Below are positions 30,693 to 42,503 of a stretch of DNA of 64,000 nucleotides, in pieces. The translations under genes were made by a program, and so were the position numbers. The notes beneath the pieces are model-generated. The model worked only from the letters and a program-made list of their open reading frames with translations. It was not told the DNA's origin and made no database searches. How positions within the stretch are numbered: position 1 is the first letter of the stretch; every line of letters starts with the position of its first letter. Source of the DNA: an uncultured archaeon (GTDB lineage: Archaea > Asgardarchaeota > Lokiarchaeia > Sigyniarchaeales > SOKP01); the NCBI GenBank assembly GCA_964388035.1, contig CAYLZE010000003.1, forward strand, positions 1-64,000. Direction: 5' to 3'.

Positions 30693-31274
30693 ATGGTAGA
30701 AGATGTCGTATTTTATGGAGTTTTAATCGCATTAATTGCGTTTGTCGCTTTTTTTATTGTTTTTATGGTTTGGCTTAATAAGAAGATGCCTCATCCACTT
30801 TTGATGAAGACATTATCAACTCTCCATGCCGCCATGTTTGGATACGAAACTGCTTTAGTAGAACTTCTTGGAGGACGAGGTTATAAGACGCATGTTTTTC
30901 CGAAGATTATCGAAACAATGAGACGTTTAAAAGATGAGGATCCACTTTTGATGGAATTATTCGATGCTAAAACCCCAAAAGAGGCAATGGAAAAATGGAT
31001 GGATGTATTAAAGCTTATCGGTGTCACGAAAAATGGTCAAATTATTGATAAAGGGAATGATGAGTATGAGATCCAAATTCCCGATTGCTCGTTATGCAAT
31101 CCTATCCACCAGGTCATTGATATAGACACTCAAAAAGGGATTTGTCCAATGGCGTTGATTTTAATTTCCGCTAGCTCTCTTGTTGAAACAAACAAGCAAC
31201 CAGAAATAGAATATAGCGAGTTCATGCCCACAGGAACGAAAACAACTCTAAAATTAGTTGAGGAAAAAGCATAA
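30693..31274 (+). CDS. Single-TM membrane-anchored protein with a V4R-like Cys-rich domain
   Basis: N-terminal TM helix (VVFYGVLIALIAFVAFFIVFMVWL), then YEIQIPDCSLC...GICPMALI...GTKTTLKL, resembling V4R-type folds; probable ATG 30693 after ggggaa. Confidence 0.6.
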   Translation: MVEDVVFYGVLIALIAFVAFFIVFMVWLNKKMPHPLLMKTLSTLHAAMFGYETALVELLGGRGYKTHVFPKIIETMRRLKDEDPLLMELFDAKTPKEAMEKWMDVLKLIGVTKNGQIIDKGNDEYEIQIPDCSLCNPIHQVIDIDTQKGICPMALILISASSLVETNKQPEIEYSEFMPTGTKTTLKLVEEKA

Positions 31275-31296
31275 TATAAGATTTGGTTGAGTAAAA

Positions 31297-32043
31297 ATGA
31301 TAAAGTCTTTTTTAATAATTACAAAAGATGGAGTTCCACTTTTTGTTAAAAGCCCCGACAAATTCACCGACAACACGTTGATAAGTTGCTTTTTGAGTGC
31401 GATTCAATCTTTTGCACAAGAAATTGAAAAAGGATGCATAGATAGCATAGCAATGGAAACAAACACGTTTTATTATGCGGTAAAAGGACCAATTTTTTCT
31501 ATAGTCGTTGCAGATCCTAACGATGAAATTGATAGCCGGGTTTATAAGATAACCGCTGAGCGCATTTCCAGGGCTTTTTTAGAGAAGTTCAATGAAAAAG
31601 TTGTTGAAAAGAATAAAGAATCCTCAGATTTTTTCGATGAATTTTCAAAGGATTATGAAATAATCACGAATGAAATGACACGACTTCAAGGGCAACACAA
31701 TAGGGATTTTATCCTCAATTATTTTACAAAAGCAGCAAGCGATGAAAATATCGTGGGGATGATAGTGTTTGATTTGGAACAAGATGAAGTAATTGCGTCT
31801 GATATTCCTTCGGATATTTCAGAAAAAGATTTTGAATCCTTTAGTTCCATGCTTTTTAGTTTTATAGATCGCCTCGGAGAGCAACTTAATCAAGGAAAAA
31901 TCAACGAGATTTTAATGCGCGGGAATAAACATTGGATAGGAGGATTTAGAAAAGGAAATCTTGCTGTTTTCACAATTTTTTCTCATAATTGGGGAGCTGG
32001 TCTTATTCCAGACTTTATCACGTCTCAAATTCAAACGAATTGA
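31297..32043 (+). CDS. Longin domain plus roadblock/LC7 domain fusion protein
   Basis: N-half FLIITKDGVPLF..LISCFLSAIQSFAQEI..IDSIAME..FYY is longin-like. C-half IVGMIVFDL..EVIASD..FSSMLFSFIDRLGEQLNQGKINEILMRG is roadblock-like. Confidence 0.78.
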   Translation: MIKSFLIITKDGVPLFVKSPDKFTDNTLISCFLSAIQSFAQEIEKGCIDSIAMETNTFYYAVKGPIFSIVVADPNDEIDSRVYKITAERISRAFLEKFNEKVVEKNKESSDFFDEFSKDYEIITNEMTRLQGQHNRDFILNYFTKAASDENIVGMIVFDLEQDEVIASDIPSDISEKDFESFSSMLFSFIDRLGEQLNQGKINEILMRGNKHWIGGFRKGNLAVFTIFSHNWGAGLIPDFITSQIQTN

Positions 32044-32240
32044 AAAAATATCAACTTTTTTTTAATAATTTTATTTTTCTCAATCTTCATTTTTAGAATT
32101 CATAAAAAAATCTTGTTCATAAGTTTCTTAAATAAATTAGTTAAATTTCATATCTCATGCTATTTAGATTTATACTTTTATTTATTATCTATTATAATCA
32201 AATTCAAGTATTTTTTTAGATTATATCTTACTGATAAAAA

Positions 32241-32570
32241 ATGAGTGAAAAGGAAATACTGGAAAAATGCAAGCTTACCAAGGAAGAATTAATGGAATAT
32301 TATGAAAAATCAAAGCAAGTCGATAAAAAAACAGATCATTCAAGAGCTTATAGAACTCTTATGAACGCAACTAGAAGAAATATTTTGGAGTATGTTGGAT
32401 TTGAAGTAAAGACAACAGATCAAATGGTAACCGACTTAGAACAAGATAGGGAACAGTTAAAATATCATTTATCCATGTTAGAACAATTAAATTTTATAAT
32501 GAAGTGTTCTGATGGTTGGAAATCTACACCGAGAGGTATTGCATTCTTATTAAATGCTAGAATGGAATAA
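32241..32570 (+). CDS. ArsR-like winged-helix protein
   Basis: LMNATRRNIL..LKYHLSMLE..WKSTPRG. Confidence 0.75.
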   Translation: MSEKEILEKCKLTKEELMEYYEKSKQVDKKTDHSRAYRTLMNATRRNILEYVGFEVKTTDQMVTDLEQDREQLKYHLSMLEQLNFIMKCSDGWKSTPRGIAFLLNARME

Positions 32571-32602
32571 TTCAATTAATTAATTAAAATGGAGGAAAAA
32601 TA

Positions 32603-33172
32603 ATGAGTTTCAATCAAGCGAAAGAACAAATTGGAGGAATATATAAAAGCATAGCAGATTCCCTGAATGACATTATTCATCGAGTAAAATTGAGTAAAGA
32701 CGCCCGGATTTTAGATATAGGAACCGGTGATGGAAAAATGGCTATAACCTTAGCATTAAATGGATTTAAAGTAATTACGGGAGAACCAAAAGATGATTAC
32801 TCAATGTATGCAAAGAAAAATTGGGCTGAAAATGCTAAAAAAGCGGGAGTTAAAGATCTAATTACCTTCAAACCCCTACGGGCAGATAATTTGCCTTTTG
32901 GAGATGGATTTTTCGACGGAATATTCATGTATGGTACGCTCCATCATATCAATCATATCGAATTAGCTTTAAGGGAATGCTTGCGAGTCTTAAAAAAGAG
33001 CGGGGTAATTTGCATTATTGAACCGAACGAATCAATGATAGAAGCCATTAAAAAGACAAACCCAGATCATCCTGATCCCGTAGATCCCACGAAAATTCTA
33101 AAGAAATTGCCAGTTAATTTTGATCACGTGAGAGAGTTGAATTTAATTGGGTATATTATTAGAAAAATTTAA
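32603..33172 (+). CDS. Class I SAM-dependent methyltransferase
   Basis: ILDIGTGDG, LPFGDGFFD, LHHI, RVLKKSG. Confidence 0.9.
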   Translation: MSFNQAKEQIGGIYKSIADSLNDIIHRVKLSKDARILDIGTGDGKMAITLALNGFKVITGEPKDDYSMYAKKNWAENAKKAGVKDLITFKPLRADNLPFGDGFFDGIFMYGTLHHINHIELALRECLRVLKKSGVICIIEPNESMIEAIKKTNPDHPDPVDPTKILKKLPVNFDHVRELNLIGYIIRKI

Positions 33173-33191
33173 TTCAAAAGACCCATATGCT

Positions 33192-34178
33192 TTATAACCC
33201 AATATTTTTTAACTTTTTTATTAATTCTTCTTGATAAGAATTAATTTGATCAGGTATAGAAATTTTAATCTTTACTAATAAACTTCCTCTTTTACTTAAA
33301 TTCGAGTTATAAAAGCCCTTTTCTTTTATCCTTAAAAGGGTGCCATCTTTAGTTAAGGGAGGAACAATCACATTAATATCCTCGTCCAAGCTTGATATTT
33401 TGATTTTATCTCCTAAAATTGCTGTTGAATATGGTATTTCTTGTTTTATAATTAGGTCATCTAGAATTCTTCTATATCTTGGATGGGGTTTCACATGAAA
33501 AATTATATATAAATCTCCTGCTTCTCCCCCATTTATCCCGGGTAATCCTCTTCCTTTTAATCGCATTTTATGACCATCTTGGATGCCACGTTCAAATCTT
33601 ATTAATAAGTACTTCTTAATCCCATTCAATGGATCAAAATACCATACTTTTTTCTCACCACCCTTAAATGCTTCGCTAAATGTTATTTCTAAATCATATT
33701 TTAAATCATCTCCATCTTTCCGACCCTCTTCGGTATGCATTCCAGAGTAATAATATCTCTTAGAGTATACCCTAAAATCTTTTAGATTATTGAAAACATC
33801 TAGATTTTCTTCATGAGAGTTTAGTTCTTTATAAGAATTTAAATGAATTTTTTGAGAGGAAGATTCTCTAATGGTTTGAGTTCCAAAATTATTTGCCTTA
33901 TATATCCATGTACGACGGGTTTTAGGAATAGGGGAATTGAATTTTTCTGAATTGCTTTTAAGATTTATTTCCAGTATTATATTATATTTTTTTCTTCTTT
34001 CTTCATCAGATAAGATTTTATGAGCCTCACTTATTTCTTTAAATTTTTCGCCAGATTTGGATTCCTTAGGATTTACATCGGGATGATACCTTCTGGCTAA
34101 TCTTCTAAATGCACGTTTGATCTCTTCTTTGGTAGCATTTTTTTCAACTCCTAATATTGCATAATAATCTTTTATCAT
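33192..34178 (-). CDS. dnaJ: Second J-domain protein (class B/CbpA-like; no Zn finger; non-G/F linker)
   Basis: [13 protein letters not shown]-domain; GDDLKY, RLKGRG, GDLY C-terminal domains. Confidence 0.88.
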   Translation of the reverse strand: MIKDYYAILGVEKNATKEEIKRAFRRLARRYHPDVNPKESKSGEKFKEISEAHKILSDEERRKKYNIILEINLKSNSEKFNSPIPKTRRTWIYKANNFGTQTIRESSSQKIHLNSYKELNSHEENLDVFNNLKDFRVYSKRYYYSGMHTEEGRKDGDDLKYDLEITFSEAFKGGEKKVWYFDPLNGIKKYLLIRFERGIQDGHKMRLKGRGLPGINGGEAGDLYIIFHVKPHPRYRRILDDLIIKQEIPYSTAILGDKIKISSLDEDINVIVPPLTKDGTLLRIKEKGFYNSNLSKRGSLLVKIKISIPDQINSYQEELIKKLKNIGL

Positions 34179-34407
34179 GAAACCAACTCGTTATAATGAA
34201 AATTCCGTTTCAATTTTGTTAGAGTAGATATCATGTAGTAAAATCATCCTATACTGTATGAAATAGGTTTATTGAAATATGCAAGAATTAGCATTTATAT
34301 TTGTGCTTCCAATTAACGCTAAAGAAAATGGAATATTGATTTTATACACAACTCACTATAGTAGTTCTATTGTTAAATTTTCATTTCTTTTTATTAAAAG
34401 ACTAACT

Positions 34408-35130
34408 TTACGGATCCAGATGGAGCTCTTTCGAAACATTCTTCTCGAATTCTTTAATTTTAGTAAGTTTCCTATTCCAACGCCGAAAGTGTATCCACAT
34501 GTAAATTAGAAAGAAAACCAATACAATAGAACTGCTAAAATTTAAAATAAGCATGAATGGAAAAAATCCATGTACTTCTTTAACTAATAAAAATATTATT
34601 GCTCCAAATAATCTAAAAGACCACCATAGATAAAAGAAGGAGAGAATATTAATGATGTAAAAGACCCATCTAACTTTCTCCATGTGTCTAATAATATCAT
34701 AAAATAAACTTGTTAAAGTAGAAGTTCCCTCCGATTCAGAAATATTGGAATTATTCTGATTTGAATTTAGCATGCCGTATCGTTGATTATATTCTTTAAT
34801 TTTAAATTTCCATTTTTTTAAAAACAGGAATTGAATTATTGAAAAAAGAAATAAGATAAAGAAAACCACGGAAGGAATTAATAGATATAGCCCCAATACC
34901 AATTTTTCTTCAAGAGTTAAATCTGGTACGGGAGGATTTAGGGGTGAATAACGTAAAAAAATAGCTCCTATCAAAATAAAAAGGATATTTAAAGTAATTA
35001 TGCAAAGAGAATAGATTGGAAAGACTGTACTTATTTTTAAATATGACTTTTCCTTATTTATATAATTTAAGCCTCCTTTTTCCGCTTTTTCTAAAAGATC
35101 CATTCCCGAATAATTTTTTTTTTCAGTCAT
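34408..35130 (-). CDS. Four-TM membrane protein of unknown function
   Basis: Two TM hairpins, each followed by a similar W-containing basic motif (LKKWKFKI, FRRWNRKL). Confidence 0.7.
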   Translation of the reverse strand: MTEKKNYSGMDLLEKAEKGGLNYINKEKSYLKISTVFPIYSLCIITLNILFILIGAIFLRYSPLNPPVPDLTLEEKLVLGLYLLIPSVVFFILFLFSIIQFLFLKKWKFKIKEYNQRYGMLNSNQNNSNISESEGTSTLTSLFYDIIRHMEKVRWVFYIINILSFFYLWWSFRLFGAIIFLLVKEVHGFFPFMLILNFSSSIVLVFFLIYMWIHFRRWNRKLTKIKEFEKNVSKELHLDP

Positions 35131-35196
35131 TTTCCTTACCTATCTTATATTAATGAGACTTTTTTATTTCATTCCATGCAAGTAGACTAAAAATTG

Positions 35197-35496
35197 TTAT
35201 TCCAATTCTGCGTTAATTTTAACAAACCATTCATACCTTTCTTTTCCAAGATCCGTGATTTCATACAACATTATCGTTCGTTCCCCCCATAATTCTTCTG
35301 AAGAGCTAATATACCCCGCCTCTTCCATTTTATTAAGATATTTTTCAGCAGTAGCAGTTTTTAGTTTGCATCGTTTTATTATATTAGATTTAACTACGCC
35401 TCGAGATTCATAGGGATTAGCTTTTTTACGAAGAAGAGTTTCTAAAATATTTAAAATAATTTCATTGGAAGATCGATAACTCGTTTTTTCTGCCAT
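35197..35496 (-). CDS. Winged-helix DNA-binding protein (archaeal HTH_45-like)
   Basis: RSSNEIILNILE, KSNIIKRCKL..AEKYLNKM...GYI, YEITDLG. Confidence 0.8.
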   Translation of the reverse strand: MAEKTSYRSSNEIILNILETLLRKKANPYESRGVVKSNIIKRCKLKTATAEKYLNKMEEAGYISSSEELWGERTIMLYEITDLGKERYEWFVKINAELE

Positions 35497-35798
35497 ATTC
35501 CTTATTCAGACATAAAAAAATTCGAAGCTTAGATAGGAATATTATTTCCTTTTTTTTAATTCTAATCCTTTTTATGATCAATTTTATATATTGCTGTAAG
35601 GCCTTAGATATAAGGGGTTATGGGATTATTTTATTTTAAAGATAAGACTTAACAATTATTAAATTCTATGGGACCATTGGTAAGTTACCGGAAGTGATCT
35701 CCATATTAAATACAAAGAAATACGTCTTTGAGAAGATAAGAATTACTTATATTTAAAAAAAATTAGCAAAAAAGAAGATATTAATTATTTAAGTTAAT

Positions 35799-36692
35799 TT
35801 ATACTTGAATTTTAATATTTAATTTCTTTTTAAGCTCCTTATATCTTGATCGAAGCGTGACCTCTGTTACTCCTATTGTATCCGCAATTTCTTTCTGGGT
35901 GATTTCTCTCTTTTTAATGAGACTTGCAAGATATATGGCACCAGCGCATATACCTCTGGGATCCTTTCCGCTTGTTCTAAATCGTTCAGTATAAACTGTT
36001 ACTATCTTGGTTGCAATACTTTGGATATCAGAAGATAATTCTAACTTGGAAATAAATCTCGGGATTAAATTGCTGGGATCTCTTGAAGGTAAATTTAATT
36101 TCAATTCTCTGATGAGAGCAGAATAGCATCTTTTTACATCTTTTTCATTTTCAGCGCTCTCATCCAATATTTCCTGGAAAGTTAAAGGAATTCTCTCTTT
36201 ACGTACTACATAATACACGCAGGCGGCTACCATACCATTAATTGAACGCCCTCGTAATAATTTCTTGTTAAAAGCAATTTTATATAACCGCATTGCCTCT
36301 CTTATTACATAATCCGGAATATTCAAATTACTTGAGATTCTTTTTAATTCTGTAGTGGCAATTAATAGATTCCTCTCATGCCAAGTGATTCTGGTATCCC
36401 ATTTAGCGGCTCGTTTTAAATTTGGATTCGAAATTTCACTTTTCTTTATAGTTGTTGTAAGGCTAATATCAGGAACTAATATTGAAATGGGAGCTCCAGT
36501 TTGTTCTCTACTATTCTTTTCTAAATTATCATAAGCTCTCCTTCCATTGTGGGAAAAATCTACTCCTCTATCTTCTAAAATTAACCCGCATTGCATGCAT
36601 ACAGTTTCCCCCGTATCTTCAATCATGATAATATTTCCCCCGCATTCGGGGCAAATTTGTGAATTATTTACAAGATTTGTTTCTATACTCAT
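35799..36692 (-). CDS. tfb: Transcription initiation factor IIB (TFB)
   Basis: Zn ribbon CPEC..GETVCMQCG, RGRS..MVAAC, GKDPRGICAGAIY, TQKEIA..GVTEVTLRSRYKEL; RBS gaggtga. Confidence 0.95.
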   Translation of the reverse strand: MSIETNLVNNSQICPECGGNIIMIEDTGETVCMQCGLILEDRGVDFSHNGRRAYDNLEKNSREQTGAPISILVPDISLTTTIKKSEISNPNLKRAAKWDTRITWHERNLLIATTELKRISSNLNIPDYVIREAMRLYKIAFNKKLLRGRSINGMVAACVYYVVRKERIPLTFQEILDESAENEKDVKRCYSALIRELKLNLPSRDPSNLIPRFISKLELSSDIQSIATKIVTVYTERFRTSGKDPRGICAGAIYLASLIKKREITQKEIADTIGVTEVTLRSRYKELKKKLNIKIQV

Positions 36693-36826
36693 TTTTTGCT
36701 CACCTCTATATTATAATAAAATTAACCTTTTCCCTCATTTCTCACTACTAATCCTTTTATATTTATATATTTAAATGTTGGTGTTATTGATAAAAGTAAT
36801 TTTAAAGAGTTCATGAATATATTATA

Positions 36827-39433
36827 TTATTTCATCACTTCTATTTTATTAAAAATTAAATCATTTCGTGATCCTAAATCCACTTGTATGAGATCGCCCT
36901 CTGAAAAGTTTCCTTCCAATAATTTCAGGGACAAGGGATTTTGAATATAATCTTGAATTGCTCTCTTTAAGGGCCTGGCTCCGTATTGAGGATCAAATCC
37001 TTTATCGCTGAGGTATTCTTTTGCCTTGTCTGTCAATTGTAATTGTATGCTATGGTCTTTTAATGTTTTATTTAACTGTCTTATTTGAATTTCAACAATT
37101 TGTTTGATTTGCTGTTGTTCAAGGAAGTTAAATATGATGATATCATCGATTCTATTAAGAAATTCTGGTCGAAAATGACTCCTTAATTGTTTTAAAATTA
37201 ACTCTTTTACATGGTCATAGTCTTGTTGATGCATCTCCAAAATGTATTCACTACCAATATTACTGGTCATTATAATAATAACATTTTTAAAATCAACGGT
37301 TCTCCCGTGTCCATCGGTCAGTCTTCCATCATCTAAAATTTGTAAAAGAATATTAAATACATCATGATGAGCTTTTTCAATTTCATCGAATAAGAGAACG
37401 GAATACGGACGTCTTCTTACCGCTTCTGTCAAATAGCCCCCTTCTTCATATCCAACGTAGCCAGGTGGAGCACCTATTAATCTTGAAACGCTATATTTTT
37501 CCATATATTCGGACATATCAATTCTTACCATTGCATTTTCATCATCAAATAAAAACTCGGCTAAGGCTTTGGCTGTTTCTGTTTTTCCGACTCCTGTAGG
37601 TCCCAAAAATATAAAAGATCCAATGGGACGATTAGGATCTTGAATACCAGCCCGAGCTCTCCTAATTGCATTCGAGATAGTTTTTAAGGCTTGATCTTGT
37701 CCTATAACTCTTTTCTTTAATCGTTCTTCCATTTTCAAGAGCTTTTCTCTTTCAGTTTCTAACATTCTTGCTACAGGGATGCCCGTCCATTGAGAGATAA
37801 TTTCCGCAATGTCTTCAGCATCTACTTCTTGTTTGAGCATGGTTTTATTCTTTTGGATCTCTTCTAATTGTTCATTGTATTTTTGTAGATCTTTCTTTAA
37901 TTGGTTTAAAACCCCATAAGTTAATTCTGCCGCTTTTCCGAGATCGCCTCTCTTTTCTGCTTTTTCAGCCATTATTTTGGTATCTTCCATTTTTTTCTTA
38001 ATTTCATTAATTTTGGAAATGGCCTCTTTCTCATTTTTCCATTGTAATTTTAAAATACTTCCCTCTTCTCTTAATCGACTAATTTCCTCCTCCAAAGACT
38101 GTATTTTCTCCTTAGAAGCTGTATCATCTTCTCGCTTAAGGGCTTCTCTCTGAATTTCTAATTGGATAATTTTTCGTTCTATTTCATCGATCTCGGTAGG
38201 CATGGAATCTATTTCAATTCTTAATCTTGAAGCCGCTTCATCCATTAAATCAATAGCTTTATCGGGCAAGAATCGATCTGCTATATATCTATGAGATAAA
38301 GTCACTGCAGCAATTATTGCCGAATCAGAAATTCGAATTCCATGATGAATCTCATATTTTTCCTTTAATCCTCTGAGGATAGCGATAGAATCCTCCACGG
38401 AAGGTTCTGATACAAATACCGTTTGGAATCTGCGAGTTAATGCCGCATCTTTTTCAATATATTTTCGATATTCGTCTAGGGTAGTAGCACCGATAGCTCG
38501 TAATTCACCTCTAGCTAAGGGTGGTTTAAGCATATTAGAGGCATCGATAGCGCCTTCTGCAGCACCTGCTCCGACTAAGGTGTGTAATTCATCTATGAAT
38601 AAAATGTATTTTCCAGCCCCTTTCTCAATTTCTTTTAAAAACGCTTTTAATCGGTCTTCAAATTCCCCTCGATACTTTGCTCCCGCAATCAATGCGGCCA
38701 AATCAAGGGCTACAATTTCTTTATTTTTAAGAGATTCTGGTACATCATCATTCGTAATCCGCTGGGCTAATCCCTCTACTATTGCTGTCTTTCCTACACC
38801 CGCTTCACCAATTAATACGGGATTATTCTTTGTTCTTCGAGATAAGATATGCATCACGCGCCGAATTTCATCATCTCTCCCAATTACAGGATCCAATTTA
38901 TTTCTTCTTGCCATATCTGTCAGATTTCTACTATATTTCTGAATGGCTTGATATTTCCCTTCGGGATCTTGATCGGTAACTCTTTGATTTCCCCGAACAC
39001 TCTTTAAAGCTTGTAGAATCCTCTCTTTAGTTATACCAAAATTTTTGAATAAAATATGAGTTGGTAGGGAATCTACTTCTGCGATTGCTAAGAGTAGATG
39101 TTCGGTACTTAAATATTCATCCTTTAAAAATTCTGCCTGCTTCCAGGCATTATCAAACAAAATTTTTGTGTTAGGCGATATTACCACGTTAGAAGCTCCC
39201 GGTCCTGTAACATTCGGTATTTTTTCTAATTCATTATTTAAATCTGCCTTGAAATGATTAATGTTCACGCCTAATTTTTGTAAAAGGGGAATTGTAATTC
39301 CATCTGCTTGCTCTAACAAAGCAAGAACTAAATGAACAGGTTCAATCTGCTGATGATTATAGCCCTCTGCAATACTTTGGGCGGACATCAGCATTTCCTG
39401 TGTTTTTATCGTAAAATTATCAAATTTCATCAT
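36827..39433 (-). CDS. clpB: ATP-dependent disaggregase ClpB
   Basis: [24 protein letters not shown], long M-domain, [27 protein letters not shown]. Confidence 0.97.
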   Translation of the reverse strand: MMKFDNFTIKTQEMLMSAQSIAEGYNHQQIEPVHLVLALLEQADGITIPLLQKLGVNINHFKADLNNELEKIPNVTGPGASNVVISPNTKILFDNAWKQAEFLKDEYLSTEHLLLAIAEVDSLPTHILFKNFGITKERILQALKSVRGNQRVTDQDPEGKYQAIQKYSRNLTDMARRNKLDPVIGRDDEIRRVMHILSRRTKNNPVLIGEAGVGKTAIVEGLAQRITNDDVPESLKNKEIVALDLAALIAGAKYRGEFEDRLKAFLKEIEKGAGKYILFIDELHTLVGAGAAEGAIDASNMLKPPLARGELRAIGATTLDEYRKYIEKDAALTRRFQTVFVSEPSVEDSIAILRGLKEKYEIHHGIRISDSAIIAAVTLSHRYIADRFLPDKAIDLMDEAASRLRIEIDSMPTEIDEIERKIIQLEIQREALKREDDTASKEKIQSLEEEISRLREEGSILKLQWKNEKEAISKINEIKKKMEDTKIMAEKAEKRGDLGKAAELTYGVLNQLKKDLQKYNEQLEEIQKNKTMLKQEVDAEDIAEIISQWTGIPVARMLETEREKLLKMEERLKKRVIGQDQALKTISNAIRRARAGIQDPNRPIGSFIFLGPTGVGKTETAKALAEFLFDDENAMVRIDMSEYMEKYSVSRLIGAPPGYVGYEEGGYLTEAVRRRPYSVLLFDEIEKAHHDVFNILLQILDDGRLTDGHGRTVDFKNVIIIMTSNIGSEYILEMHQQDYDHVKELILKQLRSHFRPEFLNRIDDIIIFNFLEQQQIKQIVEIQIRQLNKTLKDHSIQLQLTDKAKEYLSDKGFDPQYGARPLKRAIQDYIQNPLSLKLLEGNFSEGDLIQVDLGSRNDLIFNKIEVMK

Positions 39434-39448
39434 GATTTATAATTCCTC

Positions 39449-40462
39449 TTATAATCCACTTTTTTTTAATTCTTCTAATAACTTTTTTTGATTATTATTC
39501 AATCTATCAGGCACTTTTATGGTTACTTTTACCAAAAGACTGCCCCTTTCATTTGAATTAATTTTATAAAATCCTTGATTTTGCAATCTTAACACGGTCG
39601 AATCTCCCGTGCCTGATGGTATGGTAACGGTTAATTCTTTCTCCACTCCGGGTACTTTCACCTTTCCACCCAAGGTGGCTGTTGTAAAGGGAATTTCCTT
39701 CTCGATATACAAATCATCTTCTCTTCTTTCGAATATGGGATGATTTCTAATGTGAATGGCAATATATAAATCTCCCGCAGGTCCTCCGTATTCTCCTGGC
39801 ATTCCCTTCCCTTTTAAGCGTAGCTTTTGATTATCCTTAACACCTCGGGGTATTGTTATCGTTAATATTTGATTTTCCTCGGTAGAAGGATCCCTATATT
39901 GAATCTTACGTTTCCCTCCTTCGTAAGCGTCCATGAAATCAATTTCCATATCATATCTTAAATCATCTCCTTCTCGAGGAATATTTACCCGTTGTGAATC
40001 AGATCTTGCTCTAGTGCTTCCACCTCTTCTTGAAAATACATCAAAAATATCTCCAAGATCATTGAAAAAATCAAATCCTCCTCCACGTTGAGATTTTGGA
40101 CTGCCAAAACCACTGAATATATCATTAAAATCAAAGCCCTCTTCGGGACTTCCCGAGGAGGAGTAATAATAGGTGCGTCCATCTGGACTGGTGTATACAC
40201 TTCCAGGACCGCCTGCATATTGCTGTCCTGTCCCTGCACTTCCAACACCTTCTACCACGCCAAATCTATCATACATTTGTCGTTTTTCATCATCCGATAA
40301 TACTTGATATGCCTCATTAATCTCTTTAAATTTTTCTCCTGACTTTGGCTCATCAGGATTCACATCAGGATGATATTTTCTCGCCATTTTACGGAATGCT
40401 CGCTTTATTTCATCCTTGGTAGCATTCTTTTCAACCCCTAATATTTCATAATAATCCGGCAT
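39449..40462 (-). CDS. dnaJ: J-domain protein, class B (G/F-rich region, DIF motifs, no Zn finger)
   Basis: YHPD, G/F-rich linker with NDIF and GDIF, GDDLRY, GDLY. Confidence 0.93.
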   Translation of the reverse strand: MPDYYEILGVEKNATKDEIKRAFRKMARKYHPDVNPDEPKSGEKFKEINEAYQVLSDDEKRQMYDRFGVVEGVGSAGTGQQYAGGPGSVYTSPDGRTYYYSSSGSPEEGFDFNDIFSGFGSPKSQRGGGFDFFNDLGDIFDVFSRRGGSTRARSDSQRVNIPREGDDLRYDMEIDFMDAYEGGKRKIQYRDPSTEENQILTITIPRGVKDNQKLRLKGKGMPGEYGGPAGDLYIAIHIRNHPIFERREDDLYIEKEIPFTTATLGGKVKVPGVEKELTVTIPSGTGDSTVLRLQNQGFYKINSNERGSLLVKVTIKVPDRLNNNQKKLLEELKKSGL

Positions 40463-40555
40463 TATTTTCCCTTTTTTGTAATAAGTTATGAATAATTAAA
40501 TGAACGTGAAAATAATAAAAATAAAAAAATAGAAAAAAAACTTAAATGCTTATTT

Positions 40556-42433
40556 TTACTCGTAATCCGCATCAACAACGTCTTGACCAGCTGCTCTACG
40601 ATATTGTTCCTGTTCTATTTCATCTTGTGTCTTGGTATGACCACCCATTCCCCCCGGTGGTGTTCCCGTATATGTTTGATTTGCTCCGGGTTGCTGTCCA
40701 TACATTCGGGATGAAACTTCATGTAATGAACTTTGTAAATCATCAATAGCATGCTGAATCTTATTCTCATCATCCGATGCAATAGCAGTTTCCAATTGCT
40801 TAATTTTCTCTTGAATCTTGGTTTTCAAGTCTCCTACCAATGATTCATTCTCTCGTATCAACTTTTCTGCTTGATATATTAAGCCTTCTGCGGTATTCTT
40901 CAATTTCACCAATTCCTTAAACTTCTTATCGTCTTCAGCATTTTTCTCTGCTTCTCTGACTTTTCTATCAATCTCATCATCAGACATTTTAGTTGAAGCC
41001 GTAATCGTGATTGACTGTATTCTTCCCGTTGCTTTATCCTTGGCAGATACTTTTAATATTCCATTCGCATCGATGTCAAAAGTTACTTCAATTTGAGGTA
41101 CACCTCTCGGTGCAGGTGGAATTCCATTTAAATGAAATTTTCCTAAAGAAAGATTATCAGCAGCTCTTGGTCTTTCTCCTTGTAATACGTGAACTTCGAC
41201 AGCAGATTGATTATCTGCAGCAGTTGTAAAAGTCTCCGTTTTCTTTGTAGGAATTGTAGTATTCCTCTCTATTAATTTCGTAAATACTCCACCTAAGGTT
41301 TCAACTCCCAAGGATAAGGGCGTCACGTCTAAGAGCAATAAATCTTCTACCTCTCCTGTCAAGACTCCACCTTGAATGGCTGCTCCTTGCGCAACACATT
41401 CCATAGGATCTATTCCGCGTGCTAATTTTTTTCCGAAAAATTCTTCAAATTTTTTCTGAACACTTGGCATTCTCGTAGGACCACCAACCAAGATCACTTT
41501 ATCAATTTTGTCTCTAGCTAATCCTGAATCACTTAGCGCTTTTTGAATGGGTCCTTCTAATCTTTTCAAAACAGGCTCAATCAATTGTTCGAGTTTTGCA
41601 CGAGTTATTGTCATGTTTAGATGTTTTGGACCAGTATTTGTTGCTGTTACATAAGGTAAATTGATATCAGTAGTAAGAGTGGTAGATAGTTCAATCTTAG
41701 CTTTTTCTGCAGCTTCTTTAACTCTCTGTAAGGCCATTTTATCTTTTCTTAAATCAACACCTTCCTGCGTTTTGAACTCTTCCACGATGTAATCAACCAG
41801 TATATCATCCATATCTCTTCCTCCTAATTGCGTGTCACCGCTCGTCGAAATTACTTCAAATACTTTTTCCTCCATTTCCATGATGGTGACATCAAATGTA
41901 CCGCCACCAAAATCCAAGACGACGATTGTTATTTGCTCGTTTTCTTTATCTAAACCATAAGCAATAGCAGCAGCAGTAGGTTCGTTTATTAATCGGCGAA
42001 CATTCAGTCCTGCAATCTTACCAGCATCTTTAGTAGCTTGTCGCTGATTATCATTAAAGTATGCAGGAACGGTTATTATGGCTTCTGTTACTTCTTCGCC
42101 TAAATAGTCACTTGCATCTTGTTTAATCTTTCTTAAAATCATCGCGGAAATCTCTTGTGGGGTGTATTCTTTGCCATCAATTTTTACCCTATAGGAGGTC
42201 CCCATTTTTCTCTTTATACCTGTAATAGTACGTTCTGGATTAGAAATAGCTTGTCTCCTTGCTGGTTCTCCTACTAGTATCTGACCGTCTTTTGTAAAAG
42301 CAATTATACTTGGAAAAGCCTTACCATATAAGGTTACCCCTTCTTTACTAGGAATAATTTCAGCTCTTCCGCCTGTTAATACAGCAGCAGCACTATTGCT
42401 AGTTCCTAAGTCAATTCCAATAATTTTTGCCAT
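40556..42433 (-). CDS. dnaK: Chaperone DnaK (Hsp70)
   Basis: [45 protein letters not shown]; lacks the NBD insert, as in archaeal/monoderm DnaK. Confidence 0.98.
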   Translation of the reverse strand: MAKIIGIDLGTSNSAAAVLTGGRAEIIPSKEGVTLYGKAFPSIIAFTKDGQILVGEPARRQAISNPERTITGIKRKMGTSYRVKIDGKEYTPQEISAMILRKIKQDASDYLGEEVTEAIITVPAYFNDNQRQATKDAGKIAGLNVRRLINEPTAAAIAYGLDKENEQITIVVLDFGGGTFDVTIMEMEEKVFEVISTSGDTQLGGRDMDDILVDYIVEEFKTQEGVDLRKDKMALQRVKEAAEKAKIELSTTLTTDINLPYVTATNTGPKHLNMTITRAKLEQLIEPVLKRLEGPIQKALSDSGLARDKIDKVILVGGPTRMPSVQKKFEEFFGKKLARGIDPMECVAQGAAIQGGVLTGEVEDLLLLDVTPLSLGVETLGGVFTKLIERNTTIPTKKTETFTTAADNQSAVEVHVLQGERPRAADNLSLGKFHLNGIPPAPRGVPQIEVTFDIDANGILKVSAKDKATGRIQSITITASTKMSDDEIDRKVREAEKNAEDDKKFKELVKLKNTAEGLIYQAEKLIRENESLVGDLKTKIQEKIKQLETAIASDDENKIQHAIDDLQSSLHEVSSRMYGQQPGANQTYTGTPPGGMGGHTKTQDEIEQEQYRRAAGQDVVDADYE

Positions 42434-42503
42434 TTTTTATCACTTTATCTTGTTATTTTTTATTTTTTGATTTTAAATTTTAATTATTTTAAAAAATGTT
42501 GAT

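Noticed and set aside
35668-35704. Hairpin around ggtaagttacc between tfb and the wHTH gene
   Set aside because: Short, single-copy and compatible with chance.
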